A stretch of 64,000 bases of DNA. It comes from Massalongia carnosa (lineage: Eukaryota). Shown piece by piece: positions 10,501 to 23,868 of this stretch (its first letter is position 1; each line of letters begins with the position of its first letter). The translations under genes were made by a program, and so were the position numbers. The notes beneath the pieces were generated by a model. It did no database searches. It had not been told where the DNA came from and was given only the letters and a program-made list of their open reading frames with translations. The stretch spans positions 1,736,001 through 1,800,000 of the forward strand of contig OZ287074.1 of NCBI GenBank assembly GCA_965645245.1, in the 5' to 3' direction.

Positions 10501-11818
10501 GCTGAGGTCGGACCGACCCAACACCTCCAGCGATCATTATAGGCTTATGATACCCACGTAGCTCACTCTGATCGTCATCAAGCGGTAGCTTTGTTAGTAA
10601 CGTCCTAAAATAGCCCGCTATACATGGCCGACCGAACTCGTTGTTGAAGGCTGCACTGCCTATAGGTGCTTCTAGCATGATTTCCAGACTGCTTGCGATG
10701 TGATTTGGCTTTCCCACATCTAACTCCCAAGGCTGCCAGAAGTCTGGGATCAGAAGATCAGAGACGCTGAATCCGCATAGGCCTGCCTTCGGCTTAGATC
10801 CTCTGCCTACAGCGCCTTCGTCTCTGATCTCTCCACCAGATCCGGTCGCCGCACCAGGATAAGGCGACACAGCTGTAGGGTGGTTATGAGTTTCCACCTT
10901 GGCGAGGTAATGCACTCGCTCCGGTGTCTGGGTCCACACCCCAGTATAGCGAGCGGGAGCTAGATAGGTTGAGGTAAGAGAGTTCCCCTCCAGCACAGCA
11001 GCATTATCCGAGTACGCGCTGATGACATATTTTGGATTCTTTCGGTGAGTATCGCGGATCAGGTCAAACAAACTACCGGGCATCGGAAGCCCATCAATAG
11101 TCCAAGAGGCATTGAATTGCTTGTGCCTACAATGCTCCGAATTAACTTGTGCAAACATGAAAAGCTCGACATCGTATGGAGATCTTGCCAGTGGCCCTTC
11201 AGCTGAGAATGCTTCGACAAGGTAGTTGATTTCTGATTCATCGAGCGCCAACCCCAGTCGTTTATTGGCTGCTTCGAGGATTACTTGCGGATCTCCGCCA
11301 TCTTGATGGATGTCAATGACTTCTGATGGTTTTGGAGCATGGTCCGCAAACATTTCGTCCAGACTAGGCGGAATGTGGCTGATCTCTTGGGTCATACGAT
11401 CATGCAGCGCATCTGCATAAGCTATGCTAGAGCTTTCCGATGCACGACGAAATGTGAGCTTGAAAACAATGCCACGCTCTATGCGCCTAACCAAGCTTCC
11501 AAACCCACATACGTGGGCAATGCATGTAGCCTTGGAGCTCCATGGCGAGATTGTCCCAGTTCGCGGCGATACATAATAAGTATACACAGAGTTGCCCGAG
11601 CCTGAGCTTTTGGGAGGCTGTCGTTCGTTTCCAGTTCCATCGCCATAAGTCAACAATTGCTCCAAGATCACTTGATCATTTTCCTCGAGCTTCTCCTTTA
11701 AAGCGATATAGTGCACGTATCTGGCCTCGACGTTCAACGCACCAAGTTTCTCACATAACCACCGACGGCGAAAATCCGAGAGAGCAGGGGGGCCATCACG
11801 GGTTAGAAAGCACGACAT
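7546..11818 (-). CDS. ADE6: Phosphoribosylformylglycinamidine synthase (FGAM synthase, PurL/PFAS), 4 exons
   Basis: Motifs QVNSEHCRHK, KVETHNHPT, GAATGSGGEIRDEG, IHDVGAGGLSNA, VGKDSMSM, GGFSYGDVLGAG, LGVCNGCQ, MPHPER. GT-AG introns at 10280-10347, 10170-10220 and 9543-9601 join the three ORFs in frame. Confidence 0.97.
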
Positions 11819-12820
11819 CTTGGTATCGAGCTTTATCTAAGCTATCCAATAATAGCACATCAAGAAATGGCGAAAGCGTTTTTCCACAGGTAACTTTCCC
11901 AACTCAAATGGTAAGTTGATTAAATTTAGTAAAATCCTGGTGGGTAAGATATTACCCTACTCCGTACTAAATTTGTATTACCTTAGCGACGTGTTGAAAC
12001 ACACATTTGGGTTAACTAACGCTGATATGGATTAGCGCGAAATGTCAAAGCTTGAACTGCAATTCCTCATCAGGATTCACTGGAAGATTCGTACGGAGTA
12101 CGGAGCACAGAGTATAGATCTGTAGTCTCGACCAAGCGCTTAAAAAGCTACGGTTTAGTTACTCTACAGCTGCTTAATGCCGGAAGTTTGTTGTGTGCAA
12201 AACATTTGGCCCACTTGGTATTACATACGAGTTACGACAGGGCAGGACCAGGAGAACTCTCTGCGTTTTGATCGAACATGCTTAATGCATCTGAGAGGTT
12301 AACAGCGTGTAACCAGAACATTCTATACTCGCTTTCTTTCTTAACCGTACATGCCGTTCATCCCTCACTTCTAGCTCCCCTAACACAGGACAAAGCATTG
12401 AATCTTCTTTCAAAGCCTAGCTAACATAATGACCACAAGAGACTCCTGTTAAGCAAAATTTCCTTTTGCTTGCTCGGATATGCTCCCCTCACTATGACCT
12501 TGCTTATGGTCTTCGCCATCCCCGGGTGCTGTACCGCTAGCAGGCTGGCCGTTACCGAGCGGCACAACTGTAACGGCATCCAATTCCGAAGGTATGATAT
12601 GTACTTCCTTCGCCATCGACAATAAAGTCGGATTCAACAATGCGGTCGCAAATAGCTTGTAGAGCACCGACTTGGTCCACGTGGAACCGGTCTATTGCCG
12701 GAAGAAGAAGGATCCTCGCGCATTATTTACATCATCGGCAGAATCACGAGCCTACTTTATCCAACCATCCATCGATTCGATAAGGTGCGACAAAATCAAG
12801 CTAGAGCCTATCGGAGATTG

Positions 12821-14610
12821 TTAGGGAGGTGATGCAAACTCAAACTCTTTCTTTCTTTGAATGATTTCATCAATGCATCCCTTAGGTGAAGATTCGTCTG
12901 GATTCCGAAGTTGCCAAGCCATGGCAATATCCAAAGCTTTCTTCATCCAGGGACCAGATTTGACGTTGAGCGCTTTCGAGACCTGTTTCCCGTCTACGAT
13001 TGGCTTCATTTCGTGGACATTTAACAGATCCATTTTGGCCAAGTTAGAGAGCCACGAAGCATAGCTATCTAGCACCGCCTGGCGTTCTGCACGGTTAAGT
13101 AAGCTTTTGCCTGAATCTCTTAAAATTTTGTAGCTTGTTACGAACCTGACTGGTTTTGGGTTTCTACAACTTGTACCAGCAATGCAAAGACGACAGTTGA
13201 ACGCCAGTGACGTCCCCATCGCAGCATTGCCTTCCCATGCAGCTCACGGCTCAAAAACGTCTGTTCTCTTTTCGGCAGGGATGAGAATAGATCAGGCTGG
13301 TCAACGATAGCATCCTTCGTTGTGATAACATCGGAAAGGTTGAGTACTGCCTCATCGATAATGGCTGTTAGCTTTCTCTCTGCTTTGATACCTTCACGAG
13401 CTGCAGCACCGGCTGCAGAGCGCGAATATTTGGATGCCGAAACCTTTCGCGTTGGGAGTGCTATTCGCGCCCATGGGACAAAGCAACAAAGCATCCAGGC
13501 AAGGTAGACTTCCTCGGCCTCTTTAGGCTCTATCAGCAACACTGTTGCAATAATCTGAAGAGAGCCCCGTATCTTGACATCAATTACTTCAGTCGTGGTT
13601 AACGTGAGCAGTTGGTCGTATGCAAGATGCCATTTTTCGGTGTTTACAACCTCAGACGCATCGTTGTTAGGATTAGTAAATATTGTGCTGTATAAGTTCA
13701 AGCGGTCAATAAGAGAAAGTGCTGTGTGAGGACTAGGCCCTGGACCTTGCTGTTAGAAACTGAATGTTGAACACTAAAAGTAGCACACACCCTGCAGCAT
13801 CTTCACAACTTCAATTCCGACCCTCTCGCGGCTGATCTTTAATCGTAAGGCATCTTTAATGCTTTCGTCGCTCATGGCTTGCTCATCTGTAGAGTCGATT
13901 CGATAGCCTAACCTACTTGCAAAACGTATAGCTCTGAGAATTCGAAGCGGGTCGTCTTTGAAGGTTTGGTATGGGGATAGGGGGGTTTTTATGACTTTGC
14001 GTTCCATATCTTGTAGTCCCCTCCCTGTAAAGTCTTCAACTTCCGAGGTTTGCAGATTATAAAACAGAGCATTCACAGTTGCATCCCGACGGTTAGCATC
14101 CTCCTCGGGCGTTCCAAACTCCATAATTGGATTTCGACTGTCATCGCTGTACTTCTCCTTACGAAGATTCACGATATCAATGTCAAGGTCCAAGATCTTC
14201 GTGGTGACTGTCTCGAGATGTTTGGACTTCTCTGGGTTTGCTTCTATTTTCGCTAGACCACCTACTATATGCCGGTCATATTTGGCGTGCTCTCCTGATG
14301 ACTCAAGGAATGCTTTCATTAGAAGCCCGAAGTTGTAGCCGGTCATGGAGCTAATGCTGATATCAATGTCCTTACTCGTAGAACCTAGGAGCTTATCCCT
14401 GACCCATCCGCCACTAAACCTCAGGTCTGGTTTAGTATGACTCTGCGAAGCGATGTAATCCGAAACGTCCAGCAAAAGCTGGCGCAAAGTCGCTTCTTTT
14501 TCAGTTAGCTGGATTAATTTGTTCATGGTAACGTTCGATGAGATGGATCGGCTTCGGAAGAAGTTGACTACAGCCAGGTTTTGCTTTGGAAGAAAGCGAA
14601 ACAAACCCAT
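12821..14610 (-). CDS. CCA1: CCA tRNA nucleotidyltransferase, 3 exons
   Basis: Motifs GGWVRDKLLG..SKDIDI, NPEKSKHLET, DIVNLRKEKY, RRDATVNALFYN, DDPLRILRAIRFASR, KISRERVG. Introns at about 13746-13790 and 13087-13145. Confidence 0.95.
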
Positions 14611-15006
14611 CCAGATTTACATGGAACAATCACTTCAGCGAATGATCTAAAACAAAGGTACAACAATGGTTTTTAAAAAGAAGTTTCTCTAGTTCATCTT
14701 ATCAAGGATGTATGACTCATAAGTTGAAAAGTGATATCTTATCTTAAACAATCGGAGTCATAAGTTATTTTTGAGCCTTTTACTAAAATCGTAGCTTGGT
14801 GAAAACGTTTGGGCTGGTGTGGCTTACGGATCGCTACTTGTGGCCTGTGGCTTGGGGCGCTCTGGGCTCCTTTCCAGCCCGCCGAGCTTAATTCAACGTA
14901 TCCTTGCATTGATATGTATGCCCGACGCCTATCAAAATGAAGGCTAAGAATTACTTAATGAATCTATGAGTTTATCCGCTCCCAACTCGTAATTTTCTTC
15001 TACACG

Positions 15007-15953
15007 ATGGCCGCTGTAACTGCGCAGACAGCGACTACTAATCCTCCAAATGCAACGTACATTCTCAATATTCACACATGCTTGAGTTCATCACTAATAA
15101 ATCTGACAGGGTTTATGTTTGTCCACTTATTGTGCCTTCAATTAGTCCAGGTACCTTGAAACTAATACGATAGACAGGTAAAAAATCTCGAAGAGAGCAT
15201 TAAAATAGAACAGCTTAAAGAGGCGCTAACAGAGATCTTCTCCGAATATGGCAAAGTTATCGACCTTGTGGCCAAGAAGAACCTGAAGGCTCGGGGCCAG
15301 GCCTTCATAGTCTTTGAAGATACTGAAGCTGCCGAACGTGCTATCAAGGAGGTTCAGGGATTTGAGCTGTTCGACAAGCCAATGCTGCTCGACTATGCCA
15401 AAACCCCGAGCGATGCTACAATCCTGAGAGAGCGTACTTCCGACGAGTTTGAGCTACACAAGCGGAGACGCTTGGCGGAGAAGGGTATGTACTGCAACCG
15501 TTTGTTTGCTCGCACAATGGCGCTGATATAAGAATCCAATCAACAGATCGGAAGCAAGCACACGAGATCGCCGAGGCACAGAAGAAACTCAAACGCCCTC
15601 CCACATCAAACGCGCCCGAATCAGGTCCTTCGCGACCAATCAAGGCATCCCGGGGTGCTGGTCTCAAGTCTTCGAATCCCGGTGCGGGGGCAGTCGTGCC
15701 GGAAGAGTACCTGCCACCAAACAAAATTCTTTTCGTTCAGAATTTACCAGAAGACTACGATGTGGATAGGCTCACAGCCATCTTTGGTAGATTTGAAGGC
15801 TTTAGGGAAGTACGGTTGGTACCGGGCAGGAGGGGTATAGCATTTGTTGAATACGAGGCGGAGGCTGGTGCGATTAGCGCCAAAGAAAGCACAGCGGGCA
15901 TGGCGCTCGGAGAGGACAACAAGCTTATCAAAGTAGTATATCAACGACAATAG
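15007..15953 (+). CDS. U1A/U2B'' snRNP protein with two RRMs
   Basis: Spliced product PPNATVYVKNLEE...ARGQAFIVF...KPMLLDYAKT...LPPNKILFVQNLP...EVRLVPGRRGIAFVEY. Includes a 7-nt exon at 15110-15116 and an intron at about 15485-15546. Confidence 0.92.
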
Positions 15954-16091
15954 AATTGGAAGATCCCTCTGGAGCCTGTGCATGTTCGTATTTTACAATA
16001 CTATAAATATTCTGCCACGTTTATCACCCTGGCGAAACTGTTACCATCAGCCAACCGATAGGTTTGGTGAATGAGCGGCAAATGCTAAATA

Positions 16092-17373
16092 TCAGAATAT
16101 AACATCTTGATCCGCCTGTTCACCTAAGACGTCAGAGGATTCCGGGCCTTCTACGTTTTTCCTATCGCTTCCACGTCTTTTAGATGCGATTTCTCGTTCC
16201 GCTATTGCGTTATCGCGCTGCTTGTTATTTTTTACCTGGTGGCAAGGGTAATAGCACATATTAATGCACTGCGTTGAACCAAATAATTTGTGGATGGGAC
16301 TTCGTTACCTTCTTTAAACGGTAAAACTCCTCCCTATCAAGTTCGTCTAGCTCAGAATTTATATCTAGAGATGGTTAGTACACAAATGCGCTTATATCAA
16401 GTCTAGCCCTCACATTTTATGGTATTCTCCGTACGGGGAATGATGACCTATTTAGTTGATTAGAGTCGCTTTATCCGGGAAATATAGCTGTAGTACTTAC
16501 ATGTTCACTGCATTAAAGAAGCCGGTTAGCTATTTTCTCCATAGCTTAGAAATGAGAACGAGCCTACTCACATTGCATTGACTTAGGAAACTGGTTGTTA
16601 GTATTGAAATCAAATCTGATCGCTGTTGAAAGCTCACCTCTTCGATTCACAACCTTGATAACTTCATCGAGGATGACGAAAGCAGTCTGTATCCGTACTT
16701 AGTATCTAAGGGGCGTAGCGATTTACGATTGTAAACCTACCTGCAAACTCGCCAATTCCACCAAAGTTTCCACGGCTCTGGCGTACGTCTCTCGGCAACG
16801 CTGCACTTGCTGGCCCCCCTTACCCAAACCTGTCAAGCCAAAATCATTGTTGCCTTCTGTGGAGTAGCTTTCGAACTGAGGCAGAAACACCCCGGACACG
16901 TTCTCTTGCTTCGTGCGGACACGAAAGCGGGCAGACTTGGCAGACTCCTGAATTTGGTATCCTATGTCTCCACCCACAGCGTAGGTGACCTCGGCCAGCG
17001 AAAAGGCGGCAATTTGCATTACCCGACCCATTTTACGCTTTGCCTCATCAATACGGCGGGTGATTTCTGGGGGAATCAGGTTAGAATTAGGCTGACCCTA
17101 TAGAATGACCGTCTACCTCGAAATCGCCTGATAGTATATTAACTTATATGTAAGTCACAACCTCAAACAAGAAGTTTTACTTAGTTAATGCTTCGCTCTT
17201 CCTTTTCAATAGACTGTGCCCCGTCTCTGCGCCCTTGAGCTTGTTCTTCATCGCACCCAAAGACTGCCTGGTTGGGAACACCGCTTCCCGATCCTGCACA
17301 TCTCAACTAGCTTAATGTGCACCTTCAATGCTATCATTCGAAAGAAGAATGTACATACCCCGGCACCTGACAT
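16092..17373 (-). CDS. VMA8: V-type ATPase V1 subunit D, many short exons
   Basis: Spliced product MSGAG|DREAVFPTRQSLGAMKNKLKGAETGHSLLKRKSEALTK|RFR|EITRR...LVELASLQ|TAFVILDEVIKVVNRR|VNAI|EH|VIIPRTENTIK|YINSELDELDREEFYRLKK|...DQDVIF*. Confidence 0.95.
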
Positions 17374-17615
17374 GTTGAAAGAGATTCAGCGGAAACTATT
17401 ATTACAGAGTGGATCAATTTGTGCTTTCTAGAATACGAAGGTAATGTGAGAAGAGGGCGCGGAATTAAGTTATTGCGGAAACGGGCTTATTGCAACCCGA
17501 CTATTCCGTTCTCGTCGAATCGCGGAATCATCACCTTGGCATTCATATTTCCCTTCTCTTCCCTCAAGCGCTCGGGCTTGAATCTTGATTGCCATAGCTC
17601 TAAGAACGCAGCAAT

Positions 17616-20349
17616 ATGCCTGGCGAACGGTTAAAGGCAATGGCGATCAGCAGCCCTAAGGAAAAGTACTCTTCTCTTAGGCCTTCCCTCGATTTACATC
17701 TCATTGTGAGCCATCAAGTGCATAAACTATTTGTGAGCTACTAACGTGGTTCTTCAGTCTTCTGACGATATTGTATATGAACAAGATATTTTGCGCGACC
17801 CAGGAAATCTTAAGCTATGGCTCATATACATTGACTACAAATATCAGCACGGTAGTCTCTTGGACCAAGCTTTTGTACGTGGTGACGGATTATAATTTTT
17901 TTTCGGTTTACTGACCTGGGTTGTAGGTACTTGAGCGTGCTTGTCTACAATTACCACGATCATATAAAATATGGAAAATGGTATGTCATGGCAGCTGGTC
18001 GGTATGATTAAGGTTGACCGAAATCTACAGTACCTTGAATTACGGATGAAACACCTTCGCAATATGAATCCTGCAGTACACGCAGCAGAATTCTACAAAG
18101 TGAATGCTTTATTTGAACGAGCAATCATTTTGTTGAACAAGATGCCAAAAATCTGGGGAATGTACCTTTCCTTTCTGATGCAACAGCCGCTAGTGACCAT
18201 CACACGACATACCTTTGATCGTGCTTTGCGAGCGCTTCCGTTAACCCAACACCATCGTGTATGGGTTCTCTATCGTCCTTTTGCCAATTCTGCGTCTGGA
18301 GAGACTGCATTGCGGATCTGGAGGCGATACATGCAGATTCATCCCGAGGACAGCGAAGACTTCATATCACTACTGATAGAAATGGACCGCTACACCGAAG
18401 CTGTTAAGAAATATATGGACCTGCTCAACGATCCCAAATTTCGAAGCAAAAATGGAAAGAGTAATTTTCAGCTTTGGAGCGAAATGATTGACATTCTAGT
18501 TTCACATGCCAAAGAAGTTGATCTTGGAGAATCCGGAGGCCTTGATGTTGAAAGAATTGTACGAAGCGGTATCGAAAGGTTTTCAGATCAACGAGGAAAA
18601 CTATGGGCGGGGCTTGCTACATATTGGATTACGAGGGGTAATTTTGAGAGAACTCGGGACATATTTGAAGAAGGTATTACAACAGTTATGACCGTTCGGG
18701 ATTTCACACTAATCTTCGACTCCTATGCTGAGTTCGAGGAGTCCATCATTAGCACCCTAATGGATGCCGCGGCATTACGATCTAAAAAAGGCAAGGTGAA
18801 TGAAAATGCAGATTTTGACCTAGATATACGGATGATGCGTTTTGAGCAGCTTATGGATCGTCGACCTTTTCTTGTCAATGATGTGCTTTTGCGGCAAAAT
18901 CCAAATAACGTTGTAGAGTGGGAAAAGCGCGTGGCACTTTGGGGGGACAACAAGAAAGAGGTTGTCCAAACCTATGCCGATGCTATTGCAGCTGTGCAAC
19001 CACGGAAGGCTGTGGGCAGGTTTCATGAGCTTTGGATTAACTATGCCAAATTCTATGAGGAAGGAGGAGATTTACAGAGTGCACGGGTCATCATGGACAA
19101 GGCTGTCAAAGTCCCTTTCAAATCAGTCGCAGAACTTGCGGAGATGTGGTGTGGATGGGCTGAGATGGAACTCCGGAATGAAAATTTTGATCAAGCAGTT
19201 GATATAATGGCAAAAGCTACCTTGGCACCGAAGCGGTCTAAAGTAGATTATTTTGACGAGACTTTACCGCCTCAGCAGCGAGTCCATAAGAGCTGGAAAT
19301 TATGGAGCTTCTATGTCGACCTAGTGGAGAGCGTGAGTACTCTCGAGGAGACTAAGAAAGTCTATGAAAGGATTTTCGAGCTCCGCATCGCAACGCCGCA
19401 AACCGTGGTCAACTATGCGAATCTACTTGAAGAAAACAAGTATTTTGAGGAGTCATTCAAGGTGTACGAGCGTGGGCTTGATCTTTTTAATTATCCGGTT
19501 GCCTTCGAGCTTTGGAACCTCTACCTAACAAAAGCGGTGGATCGTAAAATTGGCATCGAGCGTTTAAGAGATTTATTCGAGCAAGCCGTGGAGGGTTGTC
19601 CTCCCAAATTCGCAAAGGTATTGTATCTCATGTACGGTAGCTTAGAGGAGGAACGAGGGCTGGCACGGCATGCTATGCGTATCTACGAACGAGCAACGCG
19701 TGCAGTATCCGATGAGAATCGGTTCGAGATGTTCAATTTCTATATTACTAAATCGGCATCGAACTTCGGACTGACCTCTACTCGGGCAATTTACGAGAGA
19801 GCAATCGCCGCATTGCCTGACAAAGAAGCACGAGACATGTGCCTTAAGTTTGCCGAGATGGAGCGACGGCTTGGAGAAATCGATCGAGCCAGAGCCATTT
19901 ATGGGCATGCTTCGCAATTCTGCGATCCTCGCACTACTCCAGTGTTTTGGTCCAAATGGGAAGCGTTTGAGGTGCAGCATGGCAATGAAGATACGTTCAA
20001 GGAGATGCTTCGGATCAAGCGTAGTGTTCAAGCTCAGTACAAGTATGTGGGATATAGTTTTGTTGCTACTAAGGGAATTTTGCTGATGTACCTCAGTACC
20101 GACGTCAACTTCATCGCATCCCAGGCGCTTGCAAGAACCCAGCAACAGCAGGACGGCCAACAGACTATGGAGAACAACGACATGGAAAGCGATCAGGTTG
20201 ATGCGATGGCGGCACTTGAACGTCAAGCCCGTGCTCCTCTAGGCTTTGTTCCAGCAAGCAATGGACCTAAAGGCGGTAACATACAGCCAAGCAAGCAAGC
20301 AATCGCTATCAATCCCGATGCTCTTAACATCGAGCTGGACGACGGATGA
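17616..20349 (+). CDS. SYF1: Pre-mRNA splicing factor Syf1/XAB2 (HAT repeats)
   Basis: YEQDILRDPG, LERACLQLPRSYKIWKMYL, LLRQNPNNVVEW, LRIATPQ, HGNEDTFKEMLRIKRSVQAQY. Three short 5' introns plus one at 20043-20096. Start is 17616 or 17640. Confidence 0.95.
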
Positions 20350-21949
20350 GACTGCGCTAGCGACGAGCTTGGGTATTGTAAGTTTATCTAGTGGACAAAA
20401 TGTTTGGTCACTCATTGTAAAGACTTCAATGGACAACGCTGCGACTGCTCTAGTATATTGATTTGATGAGACGGTCAGATTCAATAACGGTAAACCCATG
20501 GACGCTGGCTCAGTTTGAAACTAGGCTGTGAAGCGGGTCTTTTGTGGAGGTATGCGGTCTTGACCATCAATGGAAAGCTACCTTAGGAGATACTTGATCC
20601 TGAAAACAAACATCCCTATTCCTTGTCTTCAGAGCGTCATTCTCAATTTGATGAACGACTTCCTGGACGAGATGCAGTTTACTGGACGGTTGCTTTCATC
20701 ACGGCCTCCAACTTCTTAGAAAAAAACTGCTACCATGTCGGACATATTTTCTATGTATTTAAAGTGGCCGCGGATTCCGCTCTCCCCATCGTTGTTACAA
20801 ACTTGATGGAACCACCTTTGCCCACCTATCCGGTGACCTCTAGGCATACTTTCAAGATTAACTCTTCAATAAACCAGAGTTGTTACGTAACGCTTTCCTT
20901 CCTTCCCGAGCACGATATGGATGTAAGGAGTTTGAGAACGGGGGTTTTCTCTGATTTACAGGTCCTTGTACTCGTTCACCGGTTAGCAAACGGATTGGTA
21001 TCGAGAGTTGTTGGGGTGCATCGAAGCGAGCGCAGCACCGAAAGTTTCCATTCAACGTTGACAAGATATAGGTTAGGACTTGGGTTCTTGGCTCCGTCAA
21101 ACCATCAGTTGTAGCAGAGAATTACTTGCTATTGTTAAAATTTATTGTTCTCGACCTATGCCTAAGTCAGTCGGATTGCCATATCAATCCATGGATAGCT
21201 GGCCATCTTATATTTGGATCTGATTTGGACCTTTCTTTTATAAAAGAATACTTCTATCAAACTAATCTAAAGCTTAACGTCGACGACAATACTCTGTGCA
21301 CTTCTTTTCATCAAGTTTACCCCAACAGGCGAAAACGAAGCCCAATTGACTCATTTCGTTTTCTGTCCGTCAGTGCTCTACGATACTATGCAAACGGGCA
21401 TAGATAGGTTAGCCACGGCCAACCGAAAAAAAGAGCTCATATCTTGGTTTCTTGTCGGGATTTTTTCAAGGCAACTCAAAGCACCTTTACTTGCCCTCTT
21501 GCCTGTATATACCCCTATCGTCACGACTATATACAAAGCGAGTTATGATGTTTACCGTTTCACCCTGCAGTCCCTTTGGAGCCTATCAAAAGGGAGGCAA
21601 AGTGCATGTAACTTATATGTGTTCAGGATCAACCGGGCCCTAAATATTGCCCTTTAAGAGCGAGATATTCAGCCCGATGAGTTTGGTTGTCTGACGTGTT
21701 TTGGCCCTCAAGAAGACCACGTGGAGGACGAGGAACTGCTGCGTAAGTAGCTTTAAAGTGGCATCGTCTAATATCGCACTTGTAGTTATTTACTACACCG
21801 TATTCACAGGTTGAATTCAAGACGCTAAGAAATGCGTCTTGTTGATAGACGGTGATTTCTAGAGCGAGTGGAAAGAAAGGCGAGGCCCGTCCTGAGAGCT
21901 TGCAGTGGTTAGCCCATGGTTCATGCCAAAAGAAACTTCTCAGAGGCGT

Positions 21950-23422
21950 TGGAGAGCATTCTCACTAAGTAGTTGTCTTGGAAATTGCTTAAAGGACTTC
22001 GCAGTAGCCCTCCCCCAAATATGACCCAATAACCGGGTGGTAACGCAATGGGCCAAGAGAACTTCCGCAACACCCTAAAGGACACCCCAAGCTGTAAACT
22101 GTCTATATTTTAACTGAGTCGCAGTTGCGCAATTTCCTATGGCCTTATAAACTCTTTCCTGTTGCTACATAAAGTGCCTTTTGGAATTCTAAGCATACCC
22201 GCAAGCTTGATGAATAGTGGTGCGGTAGGATCGAGTACGATTTGCTTGTCGCCATGAAGCTCAAATGCAGCTCTCTCGCAAGCGATAACGTCCGGGCTAC
22301 CCAGTTTGGCATCGCATTCGTATTCGACGTTTGTTGAAACCGACTCCATAGCTGTAGAGCTGCTTAAAGTGTAGTCCCACCAGCTCCTCTGACGTCCTAG
22401 CTGCATCGCCAGAATGGTCCATTGCAATGATTGAATCTGATACGCAATTGCATCTTTTGCTGCTCCCTCGGCAGCGAGATACATCTTTAAGCGGGTAAGC
22501 ACCTCTGTTAGAGAGCTTTGCTAAATTGTCCGAAAGATCGAAACTTACGTATTCCAGCACCTCTTGTATCACGAGTCCAGCGTAAGGGTTGGTGTCCCCA
22601 GGGCGAGCGAGTCGAGCGTCACTGCCAAGTCCAAAAATGGCAACGGTGAAAAAGAGGTAGTTACCCGCGGCGCCTTTCAGCCAGACCAACTCTACGATGC
22701 CCGAAAGTATAGCTGTGGGGAGTATAGCCTAAAAATACCGTCGGGTATTGGCGGTGACTCACCGTCAAGTGGTTGATTCTAAGCCAGTAGCACGAAGCCT
22801 TCCGCGGATTTCATAATACCAGACGTGATGAACCCTCCGCGGCCTTTGTCAGCCACGCAGCCGAGGAATACGGCTGTCGCCATGTCAACAAGATTTGCCC
22901 ATGTCATGACGGCTGTTCGGCTGGCGGGGGGTCCAGCCAGGGTGATGGTTATAAAGCAAGCTCCAGCTAGGCTGTACGCTGGCAATTTCCCTCAAGCACA
23001 CTCATGTTATCTAGCGAGGTTACCCTTCATATATTCGTGGAGCGGGAGGACGAGACCTGAACATTTAAAGGGGAACTTGGCAAATTTCCATCTGGGGAAT
23101 CCATGGGTGGCGAGGATGATTCGCCAAAACTTACACTCGAATGTGCGGGGAAGATGTTGAGTTGCCAGGTAGCCTCTGCTGAAGCGCTGCAGTTGGTCCG
23201 CGGAGAGCCGCCACATTCCCGTTACGACATCGTCGCAGTCAATAAGGGACAGCGGCATTCCATCGTCTTCGCCGCAGATCATGACGTCGGGCGGGTCGCG
23301 GAGGGTGCTGGCTGGCATAATTTGGAGGAGGAGCGTCGTTAAAAGCGATTTCGAGCCGATGGTAGTACAATACAGATGGAGCTGGGCGAGAGTAAGAGCC
23401 GGACTGTGTGGAACGGAAGCAT
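21950..23422 (-). pseudogene. Multi-exon Cys-containing putative secreted protein with in-frame stops
   Basis: Exon-like pieces DVMICGEDDGMPLSLIDCDDVV, GACFITITLAGP...GCVADKGRGGFIT, PGDTNPY, YECDAKLGSPDVIACERA and GNCATA are bounded by GTAAGT/GTGAGT and AG sites. In-frame TAG at 22779-22781 and 22075-22077. Start and end are uncertain. Confidence 0.5.
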
Positions 23423-23868
23423 GGTAGCTAGGAAGAAGTGAAGGTGATGAATATGCACGAGAAAACAAAGCCATAGTCTAGTGACCAGTTGTTTTTGTTT
23501 TTGGGGGGCGGGGGGCGCGGGGGGCGCGGGGGGCGCGGGGAGGTGATTCAAGAGATGCGAATGGAGAATAAACTATAGAGTGCCTACCTACCTACGTACT
23601 TTACTTACTTTACATACATCCCTACTAACTAGCTAGCTATATACGAGTACCTATAAACTCTGTACTTTTGGCACTTTTGCCCAAATAGCTAGCTAGATAC
23701 GCTTTCCGATTCCTCTCCTCTCTTCCTCCTTATTCTCCAACCCCCGCTAGCTAGCTAGCGCACCTGGCATCTGGATTAGGTATCCCAACCCGTGTCGGTA
23801 ATCGCGCCTATTGCCGATTCGACCTACTCACTAGATTTACCTATGTACGCTACATACGTAGGTAAAAC

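Noticed and set aside
12449..12667. 72-aa ORF between ADE6 and CCA1
   Set aside because: GTG start, no family recognised; probably 3' UTR or intergenic.
20623..21657. Several 60-160 aa ORFs after SYF1
   Set aside because: Non-ATG starts, no motifs and no consistent exon chain; at most decayed sequence.
23842..23849. TATGTACG as an 8-bp TSD matching 25886-25893
   Set aside because: It lies 19 bp away from the left terminus, and TA/GTAC-rich words are common in these intergenic regions.
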